Origin: Eubacteriales bacterium
GTDB taxonomy: Bacteria; Bacillota; Clostridia; Oscillospirales; CAG-272
Reading direction: 5' to 3'
DNA: 64,000 nt
Assembly: GCA_045612715.1 (NCBI GenBank)
Contig: JAZKZP010000115.1
Coordinates: 2,498 to 66,497, forward strand
A model generated the notes under the pieces. The model saw only the letters and a list, made by a program, of their open reading frames with translations, was not told the origin of the DNA and did not search any database. The position numbers and the translations under genes were made by a program. Of this stretch, positions 37,937-48,468 are shown piece after piece (position 1 is the stretch's first letter; the number at the start of each line of letters is the position of its first letter).

Positions 37937-39649
37937 ATGCAAAATTTTAAGAAAATAGTATCAAACAAAGTGCTTGATGTTATTAAAACTAATTTTCAGG
38001 GTGTTGAGATGCTCCCTGAGGATATTTCTGTGATGCTTGAATATCCTCCGGATTCGACCATGGGTGATCTTGCTCTTCCATGCTTTAAGCTTTCAAAAAC
38101 ACTTCGTCGTTCTCCTGTGCAGATAGCTCAGATTATTGCTGACGGCGTTGCAGATGCTTCCATTAAAAAAGCAGAAGCTGTAAACGGATATCTTAATATA
38201 AGCATAAGCGATGAATATCTTACTAAGGTTTTGTGTGATGATGTTCTTATTAAAGGCGATAGATACGGTTCAGCAGATTTTGGAATGGGCAAAACTGTAG
38301 TTTTGGATTACTCTTCTCCCAACGTAGCAAAGCCATTCCATATTGGACATCTTGGAACAACTGTTATCGGTCATTCACTTAAAAAGCTCCACGAATTTGT
38401 TGGCTATGACTGTGTGGGTATTAACTATCTTGGCGACTGGGGAACTCAGTTTGGTAAAATGATAGTTGCCTTCAAAAAATGGGGTGATAGAGAAGCTATC
38501 AACGAAGGTGGTATTGATAAGCTCGTTGAATTGTATGTTAAATTCCATCATGCTGCAGAAGAAGATGCTGCACTTAATGATGAGGCAAGAGCTGAATTTC
38601 ATAAGCTTGAGCTTGGTGATGAGGAGAATATTGCTCTTTGGAAGTGGTTTATTGAAATTAGTATTGCTGAGTACAAGAAAACATACGGTCAGCTTGGTAT
38701 AGAATTTGATAGTTACAAGGGCGAAAGCTTCTATACGGATAAAATGCCCGCACAGGTACAAAAGCTTCGTGATATGGGACTTCTCAAGATAGATGACGGC
38801 GCATCAATCGTAGACCTTGAGGCTTATAATATGCCTCCTTGCTTGATTCTTAAGCGTGATGGCTCAACACTTTATCCTACACGTGATATTGCTGCTGCGG
38901 TGTACAGAAAGCAGACATACGACTTTGATAAAGCAATTTATGTTACAAGTGCAGGTCAAAGCTTGCATTTTGCACAGTGGTTCAAGGTTGTTGAACTTAT
39001 GCAATACGATTGGCATGATAAGCTTGTTCACGTTCCTTATGGTACTGTAAGTATCAATGGTGCTAAACTTGCAACAAGAACAGGAAATGTTATTCTTCTT
39101 AAGGATCTTTTTGCACAAGCAATAGAGAAAGTTTCTGAAATTATGGATGAAAAGAATCCTAATCTTGAAAATAAGGATAAGGTTGCAGAAGCTGTTGGCG
39201 TAGGTGCAATTGTGTTCTATTATCTCTCAAGTAACAGAATAAGAGATATTAATTTCGTGCTTGAAGATGCTCTTTCTTTCGACGGAAATACCGGTCCTTA
39301 TGTTCAGTATACTTATGCAAGAACTTGTTCATTGATAGAAAAATCTAAGAGCAGAGAGCTTGATGGTGACATTATATTCACTTCTAATGACGAAAGAGAA
39401 CTTGTTAAGACACTTGCAAGATTCCCTGAAAAGGTCCTTGAAGCGCTTGAATCTTATGAGCCTTCTGTTGTTACAAGATATATTCTTGATGTTGCTACTG
39501 CATTCAATAGATTCTATCACAATTGTCAAATTCTTTCAGTAGAAGATAAAAATGTATTGTCAACAAGAATTGCATTGACAAAGGCCACTAATTATGTTCT
39601 TGGAAATGCTTTTGAATTGATTTGTCTTAAGAAAACAGAAAAAATTTAA
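37937..39649 (+). CDS. argS: Arginine--tRNA ligase
   Basis: 570 aa with class I HIGH motif (PFHIGHLG) and a DALR-type anticodon-binding C-terminus. Confidence 0.93.
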   Translation: MQNFKKIVSNKVLDVIKTNFQGVEMLPEDISVMLEYPPDSTMGDLALPCFKLSKTLRRSPVQIAQIIADGVADASIKKAEAVNGYLNISISDEYLTKVLCDDVLIKGDRYGSADFGMGKTVVLDYSSPNVAKPFHIGHLGTTVIGHSLKKLHEFVGYDCVGINYLGDWGTQFGKMIVAFKKWGDREAINEGGIDKLVELYVKFHHAAEEDAALNDEARAEFHKLELGDEENIALWKWFIEISIAEYKKTYGQLGIEFDSYKGESFYTDKMPAQVQKLRDMGLLKIDDGASIVDLEAYNMPPCLILKRDGSTLYPTRDIAAAVYRKQTYDFDKAIYVTSAGQSLHFAQWFKVVELMQYDWHDKLVHVPYGTVSINGAKLATRTGNVILLKDLFAQAIEKVSEIMDEKNPNLENKDKVAEAVGVGAIVFYYLSSNRIRDINFVLEDALSFDGNTGPYVQYTYARTCSLIEKSKSRELDGDIIFTSNDERELVKTLARFPEKVLEALESYEPSVVTRYILDVATAFNRFYHNCQILSVEDKNVLSTRIALTKATNYVLGNAFELICLKKTEKI

Positions 39650-39657
39650 GATAAATA

Positions 39658-39686
39658 TTGACTTTTATATAATTAAGTGATAAAAT
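39658..39686 (+). promoter_or_regulatory. Promoter of yebC
   Basis: TTGACT, 17 nt, TAAAAT. Confidence 0.6.
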
Positions 39687-39718
39687 AATCGAGTTAATTA
39701 AAAGAGAGGTATTAAATA

Positions 39719-40447
39719 ATGTCAGGACATAGTAAGTGGAATAATATTAAGCACAAAAAAGAAAAGACTGATGCTCAAAAAGCTAAAATATTTACAAAAA
39801 TCGGTAAAGAAATAACTGTCGCTGTTAAAGCTGGTGGTGGTGATCCTACTGTTAATGCAAAGCTTCGCGATCTTATTGCAAAAGCAAAATCTAATAACGT
39901 TCCTAACGATAACATTGAGCGCACCATTAAGAAAGCACTTGGTGAAACCAATACTACTTATGAAGAAATTGTATATGAGGGCTATGGTCCTGCAGGTATA
40001 GCAGTTATTGTTGAAGCTTCAACAGATAACAGAAATAGAACTGCAGGTGACGTTCGTTCATATTTCTCAAAATTCAAAGGTAATCTTGGACAGACTGGTT
40101 GTGTAAGCTACCTTTTCACAGAGCAGGGTGTAATTATTATTCTTAAAGAGAATGTAAAAGACGAAGATGCTCTTATGGAAACAGCTCTTGAAGCAGGTGC
40201 CTCTGATTTTTCAAGTGACGGAGATGTATTTGAAATCTATACTGAACCCGATGATCTATATGCTGTGAACGATGCACTTGTTGCAGCTGGTTATGAAATT
40301 GAATCATGCGAAAAGGATAAGATTGCATCTAACTACGTTACACTTGATAATGCAGATGATATCAAATATATGAATCTTTTGCTTGAAAATCTTGAAGATC
40401 ACGATGATGTTATGAACGTGTATCATAACTGGGAAAACTGTGATTAA
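39719..40447 (+). CDS. YebC/PmpR family DNA-binding transcriptional regulator
   Basis: MSGHSKWNNIKHKK.. N-terminus diagnostic of the YebC family. Confidence 0.92.
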   Translation: MSGHSKWNNIKHKKEKTDAQKAKIFTKIGKEITVAVKAGGGDPTVNAKLRDLIAKAKSNNVPNDNIERTIKKALGETNTTYEEIVYEGYGPAGIAVIVEASTDNRNRTAGDVRSYFSKFKGNLGQTGCVSYLFTEQGVIIILKENVKDEDALMETALEAGASDFSSDGDVFEIYTEPDDLYAVNDALVAAGYEIESCEKDKIASNYVTLDNADDIKYMNLLLENLEDHDDVMNVYHNWENCD

Positions 40448-40471
40448 TAAAAAATTCACAAATAATTTACA

Positions 40472-40507
40472 AATTCCGCAAAGAGAGATACTTTGCGGAA
40501 TTTTTTT
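40472..40507 (+). terminator. Terminator of yebC
   Basis: 12-bp stem AATTCCGCAAAG/CTTTGCGGAATT with a 7-nt loop and a T-run. Confidence 0.8.
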
Positions 40508-40549
40508 ATAAAAAAGTTGAATTTTTTTGCTATTTTATTAAAAAAATAT

Positions 40550-40578
40550 TTGTATTTTTTTGATATATATGTTATAAT
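40550..40578 (+). promoter_or_regulatory. Promoter of the cdaA operon
   Basis: TTGTAT, 17 nt, TGtTATAAT. Preceded by phased A and T tracts (UP-element-like). Confidence 0.6.
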
Positions 40579-40633
40579 AAATATAATATTCTTATTATGC
40601 ATTATACCATTATTCTATTGTGGAGGTTATAGT

Positions 40634-41533
40634 ATGCAGCAAATTACATTGATTTCTGAAACGATTAAAAAATTATTAGAATTACACGTGTGGCACAGAA
40701 TTGAGCATATCAGAATAATTGATATTTTTGATATTTTTATTTTAGCTGTTGTCTGCTATATGGTTATTAAATTTATTCTTCAAAGAAGAGCTGCCAGTGT
40801 TTTGTGGGGGCTTGTTGTAATAGTTATATCAGCTATGGTAACCACATTGCTTGATATGCAAGCAATGATGCTTATTTTTAATAATATTATGCAAGTAGGA
40901 TTGATTGCTTTGGTAATTATGTTCCAGCCCGAACTTCGTTCAGTACTTGAAAAAATAGGAAATGCATCAATACCAAATATTAAGCATATAACTGCCGAAA
41001 ACAAGAATGTTGATCATATTACAAAAGCAATTGGTATAATTACTGAAACCGCTTGCGATTTGGCTATGGAAAAAACAGGTGCTTTAATAGTAATTGAACG
41101 TGATACTAAATTAGGTGAGCATATGAAGACGGGAACCGTACTTAATGCTGAAATATCTTCGCAGTTACTTAAAAATATATTCTATAACAAAGCACCATTG
41201 CATGACGGTGCGATAATTCTTAGAAACTATCGTGTTTATGCTGCGGGTTGCTTCTTGCCTCTTTCTTTTAATGAAAAGCTGGATGAATCACTTGGAACAC
41301 GTCACCGCGCTGCGATTGGTATTAGTGAAGTAAGTGATGCGGTTGTAGTTGTTGTTTCTGAAGAGACAGGTAGAATATCCATAGTTTGCGACGGTAATAT
41401 AAAACGTAATTATAGTTATAATTCTTTGAAAAAGGAATTGACTAAAATACTTTTGCCCAATGATACATCTAAAACTTTAAAGAGGGGCAAGACAAAAAAA
41501 GCTGATAAAAACGACCAGGAGGAAAAAGCATGA
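40634..41533 (+). CDS. cdaA: Diadenylate cyclase CdaA (membrane-bound DisA_N)
   Basis: Three N-terminal TM helices, then LHDGAII and GTRHRAAIG motifs. ATG 40634 follows GGAGG. The upstream ORF-track extension spans a terminator and a promoter. Confidence 0.9.
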   Translation: MQQITLISETIKKLLELHVWHRIEHIRIIDIFDIFILAVVCYMVIKFILQRRAASVLWGLVVIVISAMVTTLLDMQAMMLIFNNIMQVGLIALVIMFQPELRSVLEKIGNASIPNIKHITAENKNVDHITKAIGIITETACDLAMEKTGALIVIERDTKLGEHMKTGTVLNAEISSQLLKNIFYNKAPLHDGAIILRNYRVYAAGCFLPLSFNEKLDESLGTRHRAAIGISEVSDAVVVVVSEETGRISIVCDGNIKRNYSYNSLKKELTKILLPNDTSKTLKRGKTKKADKNDQEEKA

Positions 41534-41970
41534 ATATCGAATTGAACAATGCGACTGAAAACGAAGTGGAATTTGTTGAAAATGTGGCACATCGTCCTTC
41601 GAATAGATTTGAAAAATTAAAGATATTTATCTTCTTGGGATGTTTGATTTTTGCTTTTGTCGTTTGGTGCTATGCTCATTATCTTGATGACCCGATTGTG
41701 TTAGTGGATAGAGATATAAAGTGTGTATGGAACGATGGTAGTGGTAGAGGCTTACAGGTGGAAATAACCGATATGGAGGGTAATGTTATTGACAAACTTG
41801 CCGTATATGGTGAAAGATCGGTTATTTATTCTGTGGATACCATTCAAATTGAGTTAAAAAAATCAGATTTTGAAAACAGTGATACTAAAGTTATCGATAT
41901 TGAATTTCCAAAGGATGTTCATAGTCATACCACGCAGGTTGTAGTTAGACTTATCAGTGAAGAAAAATGA
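41530..41970 (+). CDS. Small single-pass membrane protein with one YbbR-like domain (minimal CdaR candidate)
   Basis: ATGA overlap with cdaA and AGGAGG RBS. One TM helix, then about 95 aa of beta-rich sequence matching the YbbR repeat pattern by eye. Confidence 0.6.
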   Translation: MNIELNNATENEVEFVENVAHRPSNRFEKLKIFIFLGCLIFAFVVWCYAHYLDDPIVLVDRDIKCVWNDGSGRGLQVEITDMEGNVIDKLAVYGERSVIYSVDTIQIELKKSDFENSDTKVIDIEFPKDVHSHTTQVVVRLISEEK

Positions 41971-43553
41971 CAAAATTGTTAATAAACAACGTCAAGATTG
42001 CTTTAGATGATGACGAAAGTATTGTTTTTACAAAAGCTAAAAACATTCTAAAAAAAGAAAGAATCAACACTAACGATTTTGAGTTTTCTATATTCAAAAA
42101 GTCAATAGACGCAAGAGATAAAAACAGGATTTTACTTGTCTATACAATTTTAGCAGAAACGCCTGAAGATATAAAGCTTTCTTCTTCAGCTAATGTTAAA
42201 TTGTTTAATGATGTTGACTTGAATTGCCAAATTGGTCAAGAAGAGTTATTTGAAAGACCGATTGTGGTTGGAATGGGTCCTGCAGGAATGTTTTGTGCGC
42301 TTTTGCTTGCTGAAAATGGATATCGTCCAATTATTATTGATCGTGGTGATAATGTTGAAAATAGAACTAAAGCATTAGAAAGGTTTGTTTTGACTGGGGA
42401 GCTTGATGTTGAATCAAATGTTCAGTTCGGCGCTGGCGGTGCAGGAACGTTTTCGGACGGAAAATTGACTACACGAATTAATGATTCTAAATGCAATTAC
42501 GTTCTTAAAAAATTTGTTGATTTTGGAGCACCGAAAGAAATTCTAACAAAAGCCAAGCCGCATATAGGTACTGATATTTTAACGGGAGTTGTCCAAAATA
42601 TTCTTGATAGAATAGAAGAGCTTGGTGGACAAGTTATCTATAGATGTAGAATGGACAATTTTGAAAATTCTTATGACCATATTGACGTAATGACTACGAA
42701 GGGTAATTATAGAACCAATGCCTTGATATTAGCTCTTGGACATAGTGCAAGGGATACGTATAGAATGCTCCTTTCACACAATCTTGTCATTGAACCCAAG
42801 CCATACTCCGTTGGTGTTCGTGTTGAACATTTGCAAAAAGATATAGATATTGCTCTATATGGAAAATATGCAGGACACCACAAGCTTGGTGTAGGAGAGT
42901 ACAATTTATCAGATACTAATGGCAGGGGTGTATATACATTTTGTATGTGTCCAGGGGGCGAAGTTGTTCCTGCAACCTCTATGGAAGGTGGAGTTTGCGT
43001 TAATGGTATGAGTAGGTTTGCTCGTGATGGTTTAAATGCCAATTGTGCCGTTAACGTATCTGTAAATAAAGATGACTATGGGAACAATCCGTATAAAGCT
43101 ATCGAATTCCAAGAGGCACTTGAAAGAAAAGCATTTGTGGCAGGTGGTAGTAATTACTATGCTCCTATTCAATTGATGGGCGATTTTCTTGAAGGAAAGG
43201 CAATTAATTCACCATCTCGAATTTTGCCTACTTATGCAGGAGGAAATAGAACAACTGTAACCGATCTTAGTGAAATATTACCTGATTTTGTCACTCAAAG
43301 ACTTAAAGAAGGCTTTGTTGCATTTGACAAGCGTATAAAGGGATTTGCAGTAAAAGACGCAATTCTTTCGGGGATAGAAACTAGAACATCAGCCCCTGTG
43401 AGAATTATGAGAGATGAAAATATGAATGCTATATCTAATCCCTACATCTACCCTTGTGGCGAAGGAGCAGGTTATGCCGGTGGAATAATGAGCTCTGCAG
43501 TTGACGGTATAAACGTCGCTTTAAGTATCATAAACAAATATAAACCAAATTAA
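41967..43553 (+). CDS. FAD-dependent protein of the COG2509 family (uncharacterised dehydrogenase)
   Basis: 528 aa with dinucleotide fold VVGMGPAGMFCALLLAENG. ATGA overlap with the preceding gene. Confidence 0.75.
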   Translation: MTKLLINNVKIALDDDESIVFTKAKNILKKERINTNDFEFSIFKKSIDARDKNRILLVYTILAETPEDIKLSSSANVKLFNDVDLNCQIGQEELFERPIVVGMGPAGMFCALLLAENGYRPIIIDRGDNVENRTKALERFVLTGELDVESNVQFGAGGAGTFSDGKLTTRINDSKCNYVLKKFVDFGAPKEILTKAKPHIGTDILTGVVQNILDRIEELGGQVIYRCRMDNFENSYDHIDVMTTKGNYRTNALILALGHSARDTYRMLLSHNLVIEPKPYSVGVRVEHLQKDIDIALYGKYAGHHKLGVGEYNLSDTNGRGVYTFCMCPGGEVVPATSMEGGVCVNGMSRFARDGLNANCAVNVSVNKDDYGNNPYKAIEFQEALERKAFVAGGSNYYAPIQLMGDFLEGKAINSPSRILPTYAGGNRTTVTDLSEILPDFVTQRLKEGFVAFDKRIKGFAVKDAILSGIETRTSAPVRIMRDENMNAISNPYIYPCGEGAGYAGGIMSSAVDGINVALSIINKYKPN

Positions 43554-43572
43554 AAATAAAGGAGGTGCGCAA

Positions 43573-45783
43573 ATGAACAGCAGAAAAACAGTATGGTTTG
43601 CTAAATATACTGAAACAGAAGAATCAAAAATTGCAGTTTCAGAAATTGCAAAAGTTAATAATATTTCAGAGATTTGCGCATCGTTGATATATAATCGAGG
43701 ATATAAAACACCTGAAGAAGCATCTAAATTTATTAGATTTGATGATGTTGTTATGCACTCACCATTACTGCTTAAGGATGTTGAAAAGGCGGTTGAACGT
43801 ATTCAACGTGCTTTGGATAACAACGAGAGAATCGTTATCTATGGTGACTATGACGTAGATGGTGTAACTTCAGTAACGATGTTATATCTTTATTTGAAAA
43901 ATTTAGGAGCACAAGTTAGCTATTATATTCCTAATCGAATTGGTGAAGGGTATGGATTATCTACCGAAGCTATTCAACTTCTTTCTACATATGGTGTATC
44001 TTTAATTATTACAGTAGATACCGGTGTGACTGCAGTTAAAGAGGTGGAATTTGCAACATCTCTAGGAATTGATGTTGTGGTAACCGACCATCACGAATGT
44101 CAAGCGGTATTACCCGATGCGGTAGCTGTTATCAATCCGCATAGAAGTGATTGCCAATATCCGTTTAAATCATTGGCTGGAGTTGGAGTTATATTTAAAG
44201 TTATATGTGCTTTTGAAATTATTAAATTCTATGGTCGTGATAGAGAGGTAGAGGCTGTTAAATCAATCTATTATAGATTTGCTGACTTGGCTGCTATAGG
44301 AACTATTGCCGACGTTATGCCAATAACGGATGAAAATAGAATTATAGTTAAATTTGGGCTCGCTATGTTAGAAAAAACTGAGCGAATCGGATTAAAAGCA
44401 CTTATGGAGGCTGCAAGTTGGGGAGCAAATCCCAACGTAAGACCAGTTGTTGATAATAATAAAAAGAATAGACCCAGAAAGATTAACTCAACCTATATTG
44501 GTTTTACTATCGCTCCTCGTATAAACGCCGCCGGTCGAATTAGTAGCGCTACAAAAGCTGTTGAACTCTTGCTTGCTAATGACAAAGAGATAGCAGATAA
44601 ATTAGCATATGAGCTTTGTGAAATAAATTATACAAGACAGATTGAAGAAAACAGAATTGCAGAAGAAGCTTATAAAAAGATAGAAAAGGATCTGAACGCT
44701 AACTCCCAAAAAGTAATCGTGGTTAGTGATGACGAGTGGTTGCAAGGAGTTATTGGTATAGTTTCTTCTAAAATAACGGATAAGTATGGATTGCCATCAA
44801 TTTTAATATCATTCGATGGCGCAAGCAATGGAGTTGCCAGCGATTTGGATATCGGCAAGGGATCAGGTAGAAGCATAAAAGGATTCAATCTTGTTGAAGC
44901 TTTATGTAATTCTCAAGATTTACTTGTAAAGTTTGGCGGTCATGAATTAGCAGCCGGATTATCTATAAGAAGAAAAGATATTGATGCTTTTCGTCAAAGC
45001 ATTAATAGGTATGCAAATGACATACTTTCTGAAGAAGATATGTATGTTAAGATTGAAGCAGACAGAGAACTTGGTATTTCCGAGCTTAAAATGGAACTTG
45101 TTAGAGAGCTATCTTTATTGGAACCGTTTGGAAATATGAACCCTGCACCTAATTTTATTATTAAAGGTGTTAGAGTTCAACGCGCATCGCTTATGGGGAG
45201 TGGAATTCACTCAAAATTCATTTTAGAAAAAGATGGATATACTATTAATGCCGTTATGTTCCAAAAATCATATCTCAATTTGAATATTAAAGAGAATGAC
45301 GTGGTTGATGTTTTGTTTACCTTGGACATAAATAAGTTTAATAATACTGAAACTTTACAAATGATAATTCAAGACATTAAACATTCGGAAGAGTATATAA
45401 CTTATTTTAAAAATGAAATTTCTATATACAATTCCATTAGATGTGGAGCAAACTATAATGAAAGTGATGACATCATTCCTACAAGAGATGATTTCATTGC
45501 AGTGTATTCATTGCTAAGATCAGAGTATAGATACGGCAACGATATGATGAGTGAAATTGATATATATCATAAGCTTTCGCGTATTAAAGACTGCAATATA
45601 AGATTAGCAAAATTAAAAATAATTTTAGAAATAATGAACGAATTGAGAATTTGTACTGTAGAAGAGGTTAGTCCGGGTATTTATCAGTATGAAATTTATT
45701 TCAATTCTGAAAAAACTAATATAGAAAAATCTGCAATACTTAAAAAAATAAAAAATCAATGTATTAAAAATTATGGAGACTAA
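43573..45783 (+). CDS. recJ: Single-stranded-DNA-specific exonuclease RecJ
   Basis: DHH motifs (YGDYDVDG, TVDTG, TDHH) plus DHHA1. AAGGAGGTG RBS. Confidence 0.92.
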   Translation: MNSRKTVWFAKYTETEESKIAVSEIAKVNNISEICASLIYNRGYKTPEEASKFIRFDDVVMHSPLLLKDVEKAVERIQRALDNNERIVIYGDYDVDGVTSVTMLYLYLKNLGAQVSYYIPNRIGEGYGLSTEAIQLLSTYGVSLIITVDTGVTAVKEVEFATSLGIDVVVTDHHECQAVLPDAVAVINPHRSDCQYPFKSLAGVGVIFKVICAFEIIKFYGRDREVEAVKSIYYRFADLAAIGTIADVMPITDENRIIVKFGLAMLEKTERIGLKALMEAASWGANPNVRPVVDNNKKNRPRKINSTYIGFTIAPRINAAGRISSATKAVELLLANDKEIADKLAYELCEINYTRQIEENRIAEEAYKKIEKDLNANSQKVIVVSDDEWLQGVIGIVSSKITDKYGLPSILISFDGASNGVASDLDIGKGSGRSIKGFNLVEALCNSQDLLVKFGGHELAAGLSIRRKDIDAFRQSINRYANDILSEEDMYVKIEADRELGISELKMELVRELSLLEPFGNMNPAPNFIIKGVRVQRASLMGSGIHSKFILEKDGYTINAVMFQKSYLNLNIKENDVVDVLFTLDINKFNNTETLQMIIQDIKHSEEYITYFKNEISIYNSIRCGANYNESDDIIPTRDDFIAVYSLLRSEYRYGNDMMSEIDIYHKLSRIKDCNIRLAKLKIILEIMNELRICTVEEVSPGIYQYEIYFNSEKTNIEKSAILKKIKNQCIKNYGD

Positions 45784-45784
45784 T

Positions 45785-47992
45785 ATGTCCACTACACAAC
45801 CTGATATCACCAAACTTGTCACGATGCTTAAAGCAACGGGGAAAAAATATGATATCGAAAAGATAGAAAAAGCATATGAATACGCACGTGATCTTCATGA
45901 AGGTCAATTTAGAGCAAGCGGTGAAGCATATATTTCACACCCAATTGCTGTTGCTGAAATAGTAGCAGGACTTGAACTTGATACGGATTCTATTTGTGCA
46001 GCTTTGTTGCATGATACTGTTGAAGATTGTGCAGAGAAAACAGATTTAAAAGAAATAGAAAAGCTCTTTGGTAAAGACGTTGCTATGCTTGTTGATGGTT
46101 TAACCAAGATTGTTACTCTTAAAGTTGAAGATAAAGAAGAAGCGCATATAGAAACTCTTAGAAAAATGCTTCTTGCTATGTCTAAAGACGTTAGAGTAAT
46201 ATTCATTAAGCTTTGCGATAGAGTTCACAATATGAGAACACTTGATGCTAAACCTGACCATAAGAGAAGAATTACTGCTCTTGAAACAATGCAGGTTTAT
46301 GCTCCCTTGGCACACCGCCTTGGTATGCAAAAAATCAAGCAAGAGCTTGAAAACCTTGGCTTAAAGTATATTGACCCCATAGGATATGATGAGGTTAAAT
46401 CCAACGTTGAAAAGAAGTATGGTCAAAGCCTTCATTTTATTGAAGACGTTCGTCTTTTGGTTGATAATAAGTTAAGAGAAAATAATATAAAATTTACTCT
46501 TGAAGGTCGTATTAAAACGGTTTACAGTATTTACAAAAAGATGTATAACCAAAATAAGAGCTTTGACGAAATCTTCGACTTTTATGCACTTCGTATAATT
46601 GTTGATTCCGAACTTGATTGTTATACGGCGCTTGGTCTTATTCACGAAATGTTTAATTCCGTACCGGGTAGATTTAAAGACTATATTTCCACTCCCAAGC
46701 CCAATATGTACCGTTCACTTCATACAACAGTTATTGGTAAGTATGGTATTCCGTTTGAAGTTCAAATAAGAACTTGGGAAATGCATCATATTGCTGAATA
46801 TGGTGTTGCTGCCCATTGGAAGTATAAATCAGGTGAAAAATCCAAGGAAGAGATTGATAAGAAGCTCGAATGGATCTCAAGACTTCTTGAAACAGAAGAT
46901 GAAACAAGAGACCCTGAAGAGTTTATGCAGGCACTTAAAATTGACATTTTCCATGATGAAACCTTTGTGTTTACCCCCAAGGGAGATGTAATGGCATTGC
47001 CACAGGGATCAACAGTAATTGACTTTGCATATGCAATTCATAGCGCTGTGGGTCATAAGATGATTGGTGCAAAAATCAATGGTATGATAGTCCCCATTGA
47101 TAGAGTTTTGCAAAATGGTGAAATTGTTGAAATTCTTACTTCATCGTCTTCAAAAGGACCGAGCCGAGATTGGCTTAAGATTGTTGCTACGAGTGATGCG
47201 AAAAACAGAATTCGTCAGTGGTTTAAGAAAGAAAAAAGAGCAGACAACATTGTGCTTGGTCGCTCAATGATTGAAGGCGAAATTAAAAAAGCAGGTTATA
47301 TTGTTAACGAAGCAACGAGAACAGAAGCTGTTGAAAATGTTGCTGTACGTAATGGATTTGCAACTGCTGACGATCTATATAATACAATTGGTTATGGTGG
47401 TTTGCCTATATCCAAGGTGCGTAATAAGATTGTTGATGAGATAGCTAAAATTATATCTCCTGCTGAACCGGCTCCGGTAGTTACTGAAGAAAATATGGTA
47501 ACTGCAAAACCCAAGAAAATTAGATCGAATAGCGGTATTATAGTTGATGGTGAAAGTGGTTGTAGCGTTAAATTTGCTAAATGCTGTAATCCCTTGCCCG
47601 GAGATAAGGTTATCGGATTTATTACCAAAGGATATGGTATCTCCATTCACAAATGTGATTGTCCTAATGTTATAAACGGAAAGAAAAATCCTGAATATGC
47701 AGAACGTTGGGTAAGCGCATCTTGGGATGAAGATTCCTATGCTAAACGCAGTTTGTTTGAGGCTAATCTTCAAATTAGAGTTGACGATAGAATCGGTATG
47801 CTCGCAGATATTTCTGTGGCGCTTGCAGATATGAGAGTAGATATTCTTCAAATCAACGTTCAAACTTCTTCCGGAGGATCTCTTGTTTCACTTAAGGTTG
47901 GTTGTAAGAATACTGAACATTATAATTCAATTGTTTCAAGATTGCGTTCAATACCGGGAATTTACGATGTTTCCCGTGGATTTGTAAATTAA
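45785..47992 (+). CDS. relA: Bifunctional (p)ppGpp synthetase/hydrolase Rel
   Basis: HD hydrolase (LHDTVED), synthetase (YRSLHTTV), TGS and ACT regions. ATG 45785 follows GGAG. Confidence 0.93.
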   Translation: MSTTQPDITKLVTMLKATGKKYDIEKIEKAYEYARDLHEGQFRASGEAYISHPIAVAEIVAGLELDTDSICAALLHDTVEDCAEKTDLKEIEKLFGKDVAMLVDGLTKIVTLKVEDKEEAHIETLRKMLLAMSKDVRVIFIKLCDRVHNMRTLDAKPDHKRRITALETMQVYAPLAHRLGMQKIKQELENLGLKYIDPIGYDEVKSNVEKKYGQSLHFIEDVRLLVDNKLRENNIKFTLEGRIKTVYSIYKKMYNQNKSFDEIFDFYALRIIVDSELDCYTALGLIHEMFNSVPGRFKDYISTPKPNMYRSLHTTVIGKYGIPFEVQIRTWEMHHIAEYGVAAHWKYKSGEKSKEEIDKKLEWISRLLETEDETRDPEEFMQALKIDIFHDETFVFTPKGDVMALPQGSTVIDFAYAIHSAVGHKMIGAKINGMIVPIDRVLQNGEIVEILTSSSSKGPSRDWLKIVATSDAKNRIRQWFKKEKRADNIVLGRSMIEGEIKKAGYIVNEATRTEAVENVAVRNGFATADDLYNTIGYGGLPISKVRNKIVDEIAKIISPAEPAPVVTEENMVTAKPKKIRSNSGIIVDGESGCSVKFAKCCNPLPGDKVIGFITKGYGISIHKCDCPNVINGKKNPEYAERWVSASWDEDSYAKRSLFEANLQIRVDDRIGMLADISVALADMRVDILQINVQTSSGGSLVSLKVGCKNTEHYNSIVSRLRSIPGIYDVSRGFVN

Positions 47993-48003
47993 TAGGAGTA
48001 ATT

Positions 48004-48453
48004 ATGATTGCTGTTATACAGAGAGTAAAAAATTCAAGTGTATCAATAAATGGTGTTGTTAACGGTGAATGTGCGCACGGGTTAATGATACTTTTAGGTG
48101 TTGCCAAAGGTGATACCGAGGAGGATGCTAGACTACTTGCTACCAAAATATCAAAATTAAGAATATTTTGTGATGAAAATGGAAAAATGAATCTCTCAAT
48201 AAAGGATGTTGATGGCGAAGCTCTTATAGTTTCGCAGTTTACATTGCTTGCAAACTATAAAAAGGGAAATAGACCGGATTATTTCGGTGCTGCAGAGCCT
48301 AACATTGCAATTCCCCTATATGAATATTTCGTTGAACTTATGCGTGCAGAAGTTAAACATGTGGGTACAGGAGAATTTGGCGCTGATATGCAGGTAAGTA
48401 TATTGAACGATGGGCCTGTTACTATTGTTATGGATAGCAATCAACTCAAATGA
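48004..48453 (+). CDS. dtd: D-aminoacyl-tRNA deacylase
   Basis: 149 aa with MIAVIQRV.. and SQFTL motifs. Confidence 0.93.
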   Translation: MIAVIQRVKNSSVSINGVVNGECAHGLMILLGVAKGDTEEDARLLATKISKLRIFCDENGKMNLSIKDVDGEALIVSQFTLLANYKKGNRPDYFGAAEPNIAIPLYEYFVELMRAEVKHVGTGEFGADMQVSILNDGPVTIVMDSNQLK

Positions 48454-48468
48454 TTTAGGAGAAAATAA

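Noticed and set aside
40493-40633. N-terminal extension of the cdaA ORF in the ORF track (TTG 40493).
   Set aside because: The extension is read through the yebC terminator T-run and the cdaA promoter and encodes low-complexity F/I/L/K sequence. ATG 40634 has a GGAGG RBS.
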